Assembly: GCA_963785035.1 (NCBI GenBank)
Contig: CAWATG010000015.1
Span: 175,282-239,281 of the forward strand
DNA length: 64,000 nt
Direction of reading: 5' to 3'
Origin: an uncultured Acidimicrobiia bacterium
Lineage (GTDB): Bacteria > Actinomycetota > Acidimicrobiia > IMCC26256 > CAWATG01
Positions 18,150 to 27,223 of the stretch are shown here, piece by piece (positions within the stretch are counted from its first letter, which is position 1; every line of letters starts with the position of its first letter). The notes beneath the pieces were generated by a model that was not told the DNA's origin, made no database searches, and saw only the letters and a program-made list of their open reading frames with translations. A program made the translations under genes and the position numbers.

Positions 18150-20072
18150 CTAATGGTACTGAATCACCAGTTTCGGACCGTTGTACGTGGGGCCGGAGGT
18201 GATGCACGCGGCGTTTCCTCCGTTCTTGCCGCAGTACGAGGTGTTCCGTCCGTCGCCAATACCGAGTGACTCGTTCGCCGAGAAGATTCGCCAGCCGTAG
18301 TTGGTGAGGCTTCCGTTCCAGAACGACTTGACCTCGGTGGTGACGTCCCAAGACTGCGTACCCGCGGTCGTCTCGACAACTGTGTTGGGAGGTGTGCCGC
18401 CGGGGACGGTCGGCTGGTTGTTGTAGGTGAGGGTGCCCTCCGTCCAACTTGCAGACAGCCGATACACCTGCTGTGTCTCCGACGTGATGGGCGGTAAGAA
18501 ATCGTAGAGCTGCAACGAGGCAAGCCACAGCGTCGATGTCGCCGGGAGGGGCGCCCCGGTCTCGATACAGTTGCCGGAAGAGGCACTCGAAACGTTGAAC
18601 TGCACCAACGTGCGATGGTGCCCGTAGACGGGTGTCCCAAAGTTATCGTCATCCGGGCGAACCTTGAGGAAGTTGCTGGCGTCGAAGTTGGTCGTGGGGT
18701 TGTCCTGGTCCACGTAGGAGTCAGCGGTGGGAATGAGCGTGCAGGTATTGATGTAGGGGCGCAGGTAGGTAACGATGAGGCGCGGTGCGACATCGGTGCT
18801 CGGAGCTGTCGAGCAGCCGGTCCCGCCCTCTCTGGGGCAGTACTGAGTCTTGATTGCGCTGGCGTTTCCTTCGGCACTGTCTCGGAGCATCCAGCCATAG
18901 TCGGACGCCGATCCTGACAGGAAGGCAGACACGTCGGTGGTGACGTCCCAGGAGTTCCAGACGCCTGTGGTTGTCCCGGTCGCGGTGGTCGCTGTGGCGC
19001 TGCCCGATACGTTGCCGCCGGCATTGCTCCAGGTCCAGGTGGGAGTGGTTTCTGTCCACGTAGCGGTCACCCGGTGCGCTTGGTATGTCCGGCTGCTGCT
19101 GGGTGCACTTTGGATGTACAGGTCGAGCGAGGCGCTCACCGTCGACGCGCCGGATGGGATCGCGGCCCCGGTTTCCTCGCAGGCACCCGAAGTGTTGAAT
19201 TTGACGAATGATCGATAGTTGGCGGTGCCGAATCCGCCAGGTCCGGTTCCGACCCACAGGTATCCGGTGTTGGTGTTGGTACCTGCCGAATCCGAGCGGA
19301 CGTAGGAATCCTGCGTGGCAGAGAACGTGCATGTATCGGTGGCCGGCTGGTACGTGATGGTGAGGTAGGGGTCGTCATTCGTTCCGTCGGTGCAGTTGCC
19401 GAAGCTGCCATTACGGGCGCTGCAGAACCAGCCTGAATCCAGTGTGCCGCTGTTCTCGGAGGCGTCGCGGAGCATCCAGCCGCGGTTGACTCCGCCGTCG
19501 CGTATGGACCGGACGTCGGCAGTTATGTCCCAGCCTTTCCACACGTTTGCCGTTGTCCCCGTTGTGACCGAGGAGGTCGCCGATGCTGCCACCGTTGGTT
19601 GGTTGTTCCAGGTGAGCGTTGTCTCGACCCAATCCGTTCCGGTGACCCTGAACATGCTGTGCGTGCGTGATGTGCCTGGAGCGTTGTACATGTAGAGGTT
19701 GAGGGTCGCCGAGACGATCGAGCTGGCAGTGGGCAGCGACACGCCTGTTTCGTTGCAGCTCTGGGTGGTGAACTTGATGAACGCGCGGTTGTTGTCAGCG
19801 TTTTTGGACTGAATTTCGAGCCCGTAGTTGTCGCCATAGTTCGTATTGGGGTTGGTTTGCTCGACCCGCGTGCTCTCGCTGGGTGAGATTGTGCAGGTGC
19901 TGACCGGCGGGTTGGAAAAGCTCAGTCCGGTCGTGCCGACCTCCGTGAGTTTCTGCGAGGTCACCGTCACGGTCGCTGCAAAGACGGCACTGATTGAGAT
20001 CACCGCCACCACAACAAGGAAGAGCAAGAGGCCCTGTTTACGTCGAGGCCTGACCCGATCGCCGGGCTTCAT
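18150..20072 (-). CDS. secreted protein with three tandem DNRLRE/CBM96-like domains
   Basis: It has an N-terminal signal/anchor (RKQGLLLFLVVVAVISISAVFA). Three ~195-aa repeats follow, each starting with a TCT motif. Each repeat has an R(A/S/T)(F/L)(I/V)(K/Q)F(T/N) strand, (S/A/N)C(N/E/I)ETG(V/A)..P and a W.E(T/G)T(L/P)T(W/Y) block, and each ends with Y/FC...GG...C then L(T/I/V)(I/V).Y. Confidence 0.7.
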   Translation of the reverse strand: MKPGDRVRPRRKQGLLLFLVVVAVISISAVFAATVTVTSQKLTEVGTTGLSFSNPPVSTCTISPSESTRVEQTNPNTNYGDNYGLEIQSKNADNNRAFIKFTTQSCNETGVSLPTASSIVSATLNLYMYNAPGTSRTHSMFRVTGTDWVETTLTWNNQPTVAASATSSVTTGTTANVWKGWDITADVRSIRDGGVNRGWMLRDASENSGTLDSGWFCSARNGSFGNCTDGTNDDPYLTITYQPATDTCTFSATQDSYVRSDSAGTNTNTGYLWVGTGPGGFGTANYRSFVKFNTSGACEETGAAIPSGASTVSASLDLYIQSAPSSSRTYQAHRVTATWTETTPTWTWSNAGGNVSGSATATTATGTTTGVWNSWDVTTDVSAFLSGSASDYGWMLRDSAEGNASAIKTQYCPREGGTGCSTAPSTDVAPRLIVTYLRPYINTCTLIPTADSYVDQDNPTTNFDASNFLKVRPDDDNFGTPVYGHHRTLVQFNVSSASSGNCIETGAPLPATSTLWLASLQLYDFLPPITSETQQVYRLSASWTEGTLTYNNQPTVPGGTPPNTVVETTAGTQSWDVTTEVKSFWNGSLTNYGWRIFSANESLGIGDGRNTSYCGKNGGNAACITSGPTYNGPKLVIQYH

Positions 20073-20076
20073 GTGT

Positions 20077-20478
20077 TCACGGTCCCGTCACGGCGAACTT
20101 GACCCCGTTGAAGGTCGACGTCGGCGGGGATGGCGAGAAGGTCACGGTCGCGGTAGATCCGCCGATGGTCGTCGACCCGCCCCCGAGCGCGACTGCCCCC
20201 GAATCGATTGCCGTTGCGGTAAGTGTGCCGCCGAGGCAGGCGCCCGGGAGTCCGGAGAAAATGATCTTGGTGACGGCGTACCTGGAGTTCGTCTCGTCGT
20301 AGCCGATCGTGAAGTCGTAGACGGCGAAGCCTGACGTGGCGCAGGCCGCGACGGCCGTTGTCCCAGTGCCGACTCCGCCGTTACTGGTGACAGCGAGGGT
20401 CGAGGCCGATGCGGTGGACGTGGTCAGGAGCATCAGCAGCAGGACCCAGAGCCATGAAGTCGTGCGGATCCGGCGCAT
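20077..20478 (-). CDS. small secreted protein, unknown function (operonic with the DNRLRE protein)
   Basis: It has a signal peptide (MRRIRTTSWLWVLLLMLLTTSTASA). The mature part is Gly/Thr/Ala-rich with 2 Cys. Its stop lies 4 nt before the next start. Confidence 0.5.
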   Translation of the reverse strand: MRRIRTTSWLWVLLLMLLTTSTASASTLAVTSNGGVGTGTTAVAACATSGFAVYDFTIGYDETNSRYAVTKIIFSGLPGACLGGTLTATAIDSGAVALGGGSTTIGGSTATVTFSPSPPTSTFNGVKFAVTGP

Positions 20479-20764
20479 GGTGTCAGCGGACCTGCTGATC
20501 GACCGATCGCGACTGCGGTATACACGACTGGCGACGACCTATTTGAGCGGGTCGTCGAACGGCGTCGGTCATCCCGGTGTTAAAGGCCGTGCCCGGGCTT
20601 CCCGTGCTCGCGTGCGTTCCGTCCTGGGCCCGGTGCATTGGAAATTGTGATGGTCCGGGCGCTCGGTGTCGCATATCCATACATCGAGCGATTTCGACCG
20701 TTTCTTGAGCAGAAACCGCTGGTGCCGCGGGCGGGAGTCGTTGCGCCGCCTCAAAATGGTCTTT

Positions 20765-20839
20765 TGGCGCCCTCGGCAGGATTCGAACCTGCGCACACGG
20801 CTCCGGAGGCCGATGCTCTATCCCCTGAGCTACGAGGGC
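20765..20839 (-). tRNA. tRNA-Arg (anticodon CCG), CCA encoded
   Basis: The reverse complement GCCCTCGTAGCTCAGGGGATAGAGCATCGGCCTCCGGAGCCGTGTGCGCAGGTTCGAATCCTGCCGAGGGCGCCA folds as a cloverleaf. It has a 7-bp acceptor stem, a GCTC/GAGC D-stem, the anticodon loop CU-CCG-GA and the T-arm GCAGG-TTCGAAT-CCTGC. Confidence 0.9.
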
Positions 20840-20875
20840 GGGGGTGCGCGACCCTAGCAGTGGGAGGGAAGAAAC

Positions 20876-21817
20876 TCAGCTGGTGGGGGAGCTGTATGCG
20901 ACGAAGCGATTCAACGCATGAAGCGTTGCGCGACCTGCCGCTTCGATAGCGCTGGCGCCACCCGCGAGGCCATGACGCGTGACCGAATCGGTACCGGTCA
21001 TGCCGATTGCCACCAGAATAGGCGCTTCTGTGGGTGTCTCGATGATCTGTGCCCAAGCCGGCTGTACGGCTAGGCCGGGCACAAAAACCCTGAGTGCGTC
21101 GATGGTCGCGGCGACGGCGCCCATCAACTGCTTGCTGGCCGCAGAACGTCCGATTGCCCGCTTGCCGTCGAGCGTCAAATGGACTTCGAGTTCGTCAGTT
21201 TCGGGAAATGTCAACACTGCAAGGAGGCGCACGCGCCGCTCCCGTGTTGGGTCGTCGTTTGACGCCATTGGTGCAGCTGTTGCAACCGGTGTTGGCGCTT
21301 CGCCTGTCGGCGCTACCACCGTTGGCGACTCATCGGCTGGCAGAACATTGTTCGCGGAGGTATCGACAAAGACCGACGCCGACGCCTTTGGTGCTTCGGT
21401 CGTCGACCCCGGTTGCGGTTCCTGTGCGGTTGGTTGTGGCGCTCGTTCGGGCTCAGGTGCGGCATCGGCGGAGGATGCCTGCGATGCCGGCGCGCTGGGT
21501 GTCTCGACGGGTCCGGTTGTCGTGAAATCGGGGGCTGGTAGCGGTGGTGCCACGAATCCAGGTGCGGATTCGGTTTCGCCGGCAAGCGCGATGGCAGCGC
21601 CCGGTGTCCGCCATCGCACGATCTCCACAGCAACGGGTCGTTCGGAATGGCGACATGCGATACGCGTCGCCTGCAGAGCAAGGCTCGAATCGACAGTCTC
21701 GGGGATGACCTGCACTTGGACCAGGAGGACGTCGAACTTCTCGGAGAATCCGATGGAGCGGACGCCGGGGAGTTTGCGGAGCTCAAGTTCGAGGTCGTCG
21801 AGCGACGTCGCGGTCAC
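20876..21817 (-). CDS. hypothetical two-domain protein with a long Pro/Ala/Thr-rich linker, translationally coupled to the GGDEF gene
   Basis: The GTG at 21817 overlaps the GGDEF stop (GTGA). The N-terminal ~65 aa (LELELRKLPGVRSIGFSEKFDVLLVQVQV) look like a ferredoxin-like fold. A ~120-aa low-complexity linker and a C-terminal ~110-aa domain follow. I recognise no family. Confidence 0.55.
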   Translation of the reverse strand: MTATSLDDLELELRKLPGVRSIGFSEKFDVLLVQVQVIPETVDSSLALQATRIACRHSERPVAVEIVRWRTPGAAIALAGETESAPGFVAPPLPAPDFTTTGPVETPSAPASQASSADAAPEPERAPQPTAQEPQPGSTTEAPKASASVFVDTSANNVLPADESPTVVAPTGEAPTPVATAAPMASNDDPTRERRVRLLAVLTFPETDELEVHLTLDGKRAIGRSAASKQLMGAVAATIDALRVFVPGLAVQPAWAQIIETPTEAPILVAIGMTGTDSVTRHGLAGGASAIEAAGRATLHALNRFVAYSSPTS

Positions 21818-22689
21818 GGTCGCACTTCTTTCGCTTGGTAGAGCCGCTCGTCGGCGAGGCGGAACAGTTCGTCGACCGACTCGGCTTCGTCGGGGCAGAC
21901 CGCCAGTCCATAGGAGAAGGGCTGGCACGGAAGCTCCCCATTGCTCGGATCGCCGATCCGCTCCAACAGCGGGGGAACCGTGACGGGGTCGGTATTGGGA
22001 AGGATCAGGGCAAACTCGTCGCCACCGATTCGCGCTGCGTTGTCCGCAAACCGAAGGATGTGGGCAAATCGCTCGCTGATGCCGCGCAGTCGCTCGTCAC
22101 CTGCGGCGTGGCCTTCACGATCATTGAGCTCTTTGAAGTCGTCCAGGTCGATCAGCACCAGCGTGAACGGCCAGCGGTACCGGCTGCTCCGGGCGACCGC
22201 CATCTCGAGGAGGCGGTCGAAGCTCCGACGGTCATAGAGCCCAGTGAGAGGGTCATGCCAGGCGTCATATCTGAGCAGGTCGAGTCGGAGCGCCACAATG
22301 CACAGGGAGATGACAGCCGTCGCGTCGTAGTCGACGGGCAGCGGTGGATCCGTGTAGAGGCCGGGCTCCGCGGACAGCAGCGACTCTTCTTCTGCGCCTT
22401 CCAGCGGACGCCGACCTGCCGTAAAGACCTGCCGCCCGAATCCTGGTTCGTCGATGACCAGGGCAGCGTCACGCAGGGAGTGCTCGGCGACGAGGTCGTC
22501 GAGCGCCCGATAAACCAAACCGAGTCCGAGGGTTGTCGTTGCCAGCTCGGCGAGGAGCGAGTCGACGTGCCCCTTGCTGGGTGCATGCACCGCCAACTTC
22601 GCCGGCGGTTCGGGCAGTTCGGGCTCCTGCTGGGGCGGAAGGATCGCGGCAAGACCACGGCCCAGCCCACTCGGTCGCGCCACCACCAT
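21814..22689 (-). CDS. GGDEF diguanylate cyclase with a ParB-like N-terminal peptide
   Basis: The C-terminal block DPLTGLYDRRSF...LIDLDDFKELNDREGHAAGDERL...ARIGGDEFALIL is a GGDEF domain. The N-terminus MVVARPSGLGRGLAAILPP resembles the conserved ParB N-terminal motif (GLGRGL.AL.P). A GGAGG directly abuts the ATG, so one of the following GTGs may be the real start. Confidence 0.85.
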   Translation of the reverse strand: MVVARPSGLGRGLAAILPPQQEPELPEPPAKLAVHAPSKGHVDSLLAELATTTLGLGLVYRALDDLVAEHSLRDAALVIDEPGFGRQVFTAGRRPLEGAEEESLLSAEPGLYTDPPLPVDYDATAVISLCIVALRLDLLRYDAWHDPLTGLYDRRSFDRLLEMAVARSSRYRWPFTLVLIDLDDFKELNDREGHAAGDERLRGISERFAHILRFADNAARIGGDEFALILPNTDPVTVPPLLERIGDPSNGELPCQPFSYGLAVCPDEAESVDELFRLADERLYQAKEVRP

Positions 22690-22890
22690 CCTCCTTCTGA
22701 GCTGCCCAAATGGGTCACGCTCCGTCGTTGTCCTCGCGCACTACGGGTGGTCCGGCCAGGTTCGGACACCGGGGAATAGCATAGGCGCACGGCGCGTAGG
22801 ACGCATATGCGCACTTTGCGTGAGCTGACGACCTCGGTGGGTCGCCGTGTACGATGCGTCTACAGGCACTCCTGACCACCCATTCATGGA

Positions 22891-24585
22891 GTGACCGAAC
22901 CACCACTCTACGTGATACACGACCACCTCCTCATTGCTTTGCGCGCAGCGCTCGCCTCGCTTGGCCTTCCCGAGCCGGCCGGCGGCCTCGCGCTCGAACC
23001 CGCCCGACAGCGAGAACACGGCGATTGGCAGAGCAATGTGGTGCTCCAGATCGCCAAGACTGTCGGTGAGCCCCCTCGAGAGCTTGCGGCTCGCCTGATC
23101 TCAGCGATCGAGGATGCGCCCCCCGCTCATCTCGATCGGGTTGAGTGCGCCGGCCCAGGATTCCTCAACTTCCATTTGGCGACCACCTGGCTCCACGATG
23201 TCCTCCAGGAGGTGGTGCAGGCCGGGGACGGATATGGGAGAGGAACCGAACTCGACGGGCAGCGCATCAATCTGGAGTTCGTATCGGCCAATCCGACGGG
23301 GCCGCTCCATGCCGGAGGTGGACGCTGGGTGGCGGTCGGCGACGCCATCGCCAACCTGCTCGTCGCTCGTGGGGCCGTTGTGCACCGTGAGTACTACCTC
23401 AACGACGCCGGAACGCAGCTCGACATGTTCGGCAAGTCGCTGCTGGCGGCGTACGCCGGGACCGCTCCACCGGAAGACGGCTATCGCGGCGCGTACATCG
23501 ACGACATGGCCAACGAGATGCGAGCCGTTCTCGGCGATGCGGTGGCACTCGCCGAAGCGACGGAGTGGGGGTATCGGCGGGTCGTCCAAGGCCTCCGAGA
23601 CGATCTCGAGCGCTTGGGTGTTCATTTCGACACGTGGTTCTCGGAGCGTGTCCTGCATGAACGTGGCGATGTCGCTGAGGTCCTGAGGCTTCTCGCCGAG
23701 CGCGGCGTGCTCGACGAGCGCGACGGGGCAACCTGGTTACGAACGACGGACTTCGGCGATCAGCGCGATCGTGTTCTGGTCCGTTCTGACGGGACGACGA
23801 CCTATCTCTGCAATGACCTTGCGTACCACCGCGACAAGTTCGCTCGGGGTTGGGATCACCTGATCGACATCTGGGGTGCGGACCATCACGGTCAGGTCAA
23901 GTCGTTGCAGGCTGGTCTGCAGGCGCTCGGCGCACCCGTTGGTCAGCCTGAGATCATGCTGGGTCAGCTCGTGAGGCTCGAGCGTGGGGGCGAGTTGGTC
24001 AAGATCTCCAAGCGCGCCGGCAACCTCATCACGCTCGCAGACATTCTCGACGAAGTCGACGCGGACGTGTGTCGTCTCACGTTCCTCTTGCAGGGCATCG
24101 ACACGCCGCAAACGATCGATCTCGAGGTCGTGACCAGCCAGTCGATGGAGAACCCCGTCTACTACGTGCAGTACGCGCACGCGCGCGTCGCCTCAATTGC
24201 CCGAAAGGCAGCAGCTGCGGGCATCACGCGACGCTCACTCGATGCAACATCGTTGCAGACGCTCGCGCATGAGCGGGAGCACGAGTTGCTGCGGGCGTTG
24301 TCGACATTCCCCGACGTCGTGCGCGAAGCAGCCGAGCGGCGCGCTCCGCACCGTGTCGCGACGTGGGTTCGTGATTTCGCCTCACGTTTTCATGGCTTCT
24401 ATCGCGACTGCCGCGTGATTACCAACGACCCGGAGCTCACGCAGGCACGTCTGTGGATGGCGGAGGCCTGCCGCATCGGTTTGTCGAACGCGCTGACACT
24501 GCTCGGTGTGAGCGCGCCGGACTCGATGGAGCGCCTGGACAACGACCTCGACGATACCGACGATCTCGAGGGTGTCGGCGCTTGA
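22891..24585 (+). CDS. argS: arginine--tRNA ligase
   Basis: An intact 564-aa ORF. It has SANPTGPLHAGGGR (HIGH region), the DHHGQVKSL..ISKRAGN region and the C-terminal anticodon-binding domain YVQYAHARV. Confidence 0.95.
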   Translation: MTEPPLYVIHDHLLIALRAALASLGLPEPAGGLALEPARQREHGDWQSNVVLQIAKTVGEPPRELAARLISAIEDAPPAHLDRVECAGPGFLNFHLATTWLHDVLQEVVQAGDGYGRGTELDGQRINLEFVSANPTGPLHAGGGRWVAVGDAIANLLVARGAVVHREYYLNDAGTQLDMFGKSLLAAYAGTAPPEDGYRGAYIDDMANEMRAVLGDAVALAEATEWGYRRVVQGLRDDLERLGVHFDTWFSERVLHERGDVAEVLRLLAERGVLDERDGATWLRTTDFGDQRDRVLVRSDGTTTYLCNDLAYHRDKFARGWDHLIDIWGADHHGQVKSLQAGLQALGAPVGQPEIMLGQLVRLERGGELVKISKRAGNLITLADILDEVDADVCRLTFLLQGIDTPQTIDLEVVTSQSMENPVYYVQYAHARVASIARKAAAAGITRRSLDATSLQTLAHEREHELLRALSTFPDVVREAAERRAPHRVATWVRDFASRFHGFYRDCRVITNDPELTQARLWMAEACRIGLSNALTLLGVSAPDSMERLDNDLDDTDDLEGVGA

Positions 24586-25919
24586 CGAGCGCTCAACCAT
24601 TCGATGCGACGCTGCTCGCGCCTGGACACCGATCGGCTGATCTGGTCGCGTTGGCGCAACGGTTTGGAACGCCGTTGTTCGTCTACGACGAGGACGAGAT
24701 CCGCAACCGGATGCGGCGCTATGTCAGCGCATTCGGCGAGGGTCAGGTTGCATATGCGGGCAAGGCGTTTCTCTGCCGAGCTCTCGTAGAGATCGTGCGC
24801 GAAGAAGGCTTGCATCTCGATGTCGCGACGGGCGGCGAGTTGCACGTCGCGCTGAACGCAGGGATGCCGGCCGATCGCATCGTGATGCACGGCAACAACA
24901 AGTCCGAAGCCGAGATATCGGCAGCGCTCGACGCTGGAATCGGAAGGATCGTTGCCGACTCCTTCGACGAGATCGGTCGGCTCGAACGCCTTGCTCGTCT
25001 CCATGGCGTGCGGCCTCGCGTCCTCGTTCGCGTCACACCGGGTGTCGAAGCGCATACGCATGAATTCATCGAGACGGGCACCGAGGCATCGAAGTTCGGC
25101 TTCACGGTGACCAATGGCATTGCCCTGAAGGCTGCGCTCGCGGTGGCCAGGAGCGACGTTCTCGAATTTGTCGGACTGCACTGCCACATAGGCTCGCAGA
25201 TCTACGTCGTCGAGTCCTTCGCGAAGGCGGCCGCGGTCGTCATGGCCATCGCCAAGGCGATCGAGACCGAAACCGGTCAACCGATCGGTGAGATCAATCT
25301 GGGCGGCGGCCTTGGAGTTCGTTATCTGCACGACGACCCCGAAGTGACGATCGAGGATTTCGCTGCGGTGGTCAAACCGGCGTTTGCCGCTGCTTGCGCC
25401 TCGGTCGGGCTCATCGGAAACCCACGCTTGATGGTCGAGCCGGGTCGCTCGATCGTGGCGCCGACTGCCTTGACGTTGTATGAAATCGGCACCATCAAGG
25501 AGATTCCCGGTATCGGGACCTACGTCGCTGTTGACGGGGGTATGAGCGACAACCCAAGACCGGTGCTCTACGGCGCGAGCTACGAGGCCTTTCTTCCGGC
25601 GCGGATCGCCCAGGACCGGCCGCTGCGGTGTGTGATCGTCGGCAAGCACTGTGAACAGGGTGACATCCTCGTCCATGATGCGCACCTGCCGGCAGCGACG
25701 GCAGTCGGTGACATCCTCGCAATTCCGACGACCGGCGCTTACTCCTACAGCATGGCGTCCAACTACAACATGGTCGAACGTCCGGCCGTCGTGTTCCTGC
25801 GCTTTGGGAGGCCTCGGTTGGTGGTCCGGCGTGAAACCGAAGCAGACCTTCACCGCCTCGACGTTGACCGCCGCATCAGATTCGGACCCGGTATCCCCAC
25901 CACGTCTGACTTTGAGTGA
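24582..25919 (+). CDS. lysA: diaminopimelate decarboxylase
   Basis: GTPLFVYDEDEIR..YAGKAF...HCHIGSQI...EPGRSIVA...CESGD-like (CEQGD) motifs are present. The TTG at 24582 overlaps the argS stop (TTGA). The listed 24453 start lies inside argS. Confidence 0.9.
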   Translation: MTSAQPFDATLLAPGHRSADLVALAQRFGTPLFVYDEDEIRNRMRRYVSAFGEGQVAYAGKAFLCRALVEIVREEGLHLDVATGGELHVALNAGMPADRIVMHGNNKSEAEISAALDAGIGRIVADSFDEIGRLERLARLHGVRPRVLVRVTPGVEAHTHEFIETGTEASKFGFTVTNGIALKAALAVARSDVLEFVGLHCHIGSQIYVVESFAKAAAVVMAIAKAIETETGQPIGEINLGGGLGVRYLHDDPEVTIEDFAAVVKPAFAAACASVGLIGNPRLMVEPGRSIVAPTALTLYEIGTIKEIPGIGTYVAVDGGMSDNPRPVLYGASYEAFLPARIAQDRPLRCVIVGKHCEQGDILVHDAHLPAATAVGDILAIPTTGAYSYSMASNYNMVERPAVVFLRFGRPRLVVRRETEADLHRLDVDRRIRFGPGIPTTSDFE

Positions 25920-27223
25920 GAATGAGCGCCATGGCGGATGAAGTGGTCAGGATCGGGCTCCTCGGCTGCGGGCATGTCGGGTCGGCATTGGCGCGGCTCC
26001 TCGATGAAAATGCCGAGTTGATCGAGTCCCGTGCCGGTGTGCGCATTGTCGTATCGAAGATCGCCGTTCGCGATCTCGATCGCGCCCGAGACGTTCGCGT
26101 CGGCGCGGACGCGTTCACGACCGATGCGGAGTCCGTGGTGGTTGATCCTTCGGTTGACATCGTCGTGGAGGTGATGGGTGGGATTGATCCGGCCAGAGCC
26201 CTCATCACGCGAGCGCTTGAGGCGAAGCGGCCCGTCGTCACGGCGAACAAGGAGCTGTTGGCCCATCACGGTCATGAACTCATTGCGTTGGCCGAAGCGT
26301 CGGGTGTCGATCTCCTGTTCGAGGCCTCGGTCGGTGGAGGCATCCCACTGATCAGACCGCTGCGCGAGTCGCTCGCCGGCGACCGGATCAGGCGCGTCAT
26401 GGGCATCGTCAATGGCACGACCAACTACATCCTCACACGAATGACCGAAGACGGCTCATCGTTTCGTGACGCCCTCGCCGAGGCGCAGGAATTGGGATAC
26501 GCCGAGGCTGATCCGACGGCAGATGTCGAAGGATTCGACGCAGCGTCCAAAGGCGCAATCATCGCTTCGATTGCGTTTGGCGCGCGTGTCGTCGCCGACG
26601 ACGTCTACTGCGAAGGCATCACAGGAATCAGCGGCGACGACATCGCTTCTGCGCGCGATCTTGGATATGTGGTGAAGCTGCTCGCGGTCGCCGAGGAGAT
26701 CGACGGGTCCGTCGCAGTGCGGGTTCACCCCGCGATGGTCCCCTTGCATCACCCACTGGCGATGGTGCGCGACTCGTTCAACGCGTTGTTCATCGAAGGT
26801 GACGCGGTGGGCGAGCTGATGCTCTATGGGCGCGGCGCCGGCGGCAACCCCACAGCATCAGCAGTGCTCGGCGATCTCATCGACGCGGCGAAGAACCTTT
26901 CCGCCGGGGGTCGAGGGGCAACGATCGGAGCATTGATTCGCAAGCCGATCCGGCCCATCGGTGACGTCGAGACGCAGTTCTACCTCTTGCTCGAGGCAAC
27001 CGATCAGCCAGGCGTGCTGGCCGCTGTTGCGGGCGCGTTCGGTCGCCATGGCGTTTCGATCAAATCCATGCAGCAGAGCGGTATCGGCACCGATGCACGC
27101 TTGATCTTCGTGACACACCGAGCACGTGAAGCGGATCTGCGCGCAACCATTGCCGAGGTTGGAGAGTTGGACTCGGTGCGTCGTATCGGCAGCGTGCTGC
27201 GCGTGATCGGCGATGACCAATGA
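25916..27223 (+). CDS. hom: homoserine dehydrogenase
   Basis: It has the NAD-binding block [13 protein letters not shown], then [10 protein letters not shown] and [12 protein letters not shown], and a C-terminal ACT domain. The GTG at 25916 overlaps the lysA stop; the ATG at 25922 is an alternative. Confidence 0.9.
   Translation: MRMSAMADEVVRIGLLGCGHVGSALARLLDENAELIESRAGVRIVVSKIAVRDLDRARDVRVGADAFTTDAESVVVDPSVDIVVEVMGGIDPARALITRALEAKRPVVTANKELLAHHGHELIALAEASGVDLLFEASVGGGIPLIRPLRESLAGDRIRRVMGIVNGTTNYILTRMTEDGSSFRDALAEAQELGYAEADPTADVEGFDAASKGAIIASIAFGARVVADDVYCEGITGISGDDIASARDLGYVVKLLAVAEEIDGSVAVRVHPAMVPLHHPLAMVRDSFNALFIEGDAVGELMLYGRGAGGNPTASAVLGDLIDAAKNLSAGGRGATIGALIRKPIRPIGDVETQFYLLLEATDQPGVLAAVAGAFGRHGVSIKSMQQSGIGTDARLIFVTHRAREADLRATIAEVGELDSVRRIGSVLRVIGDDQ

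Noticed and set aside
17378-20839. A genomic island integrated at tRNA-Arg.
   Set aside because: There is no integrase or recombinase. I could not find a direct repeat of the tRNA 3' end. There is no obvious compositional break. Only the accessory nature of the two secreted genes suggests an island, so I kept it as a hint in a finding, not as a mobile-element feature.
22690-22890. A possible T-box leader upstream of argS. GGGTGGTCCGG at about 22746 resembles the T-box GGGUGGUACCGCG, and gggtggtc is the exact complement of gaccaccc at 22874-22881.
   Set aside because: I could not find a convincing Stem I, a specifier loop with an Arg codon, or a K-turn by eye. The region is only ~200 nt and is shared with the divergent GGDEF promoter. 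It is worth a cmscan with RF00230 but is not supportable as a feature.
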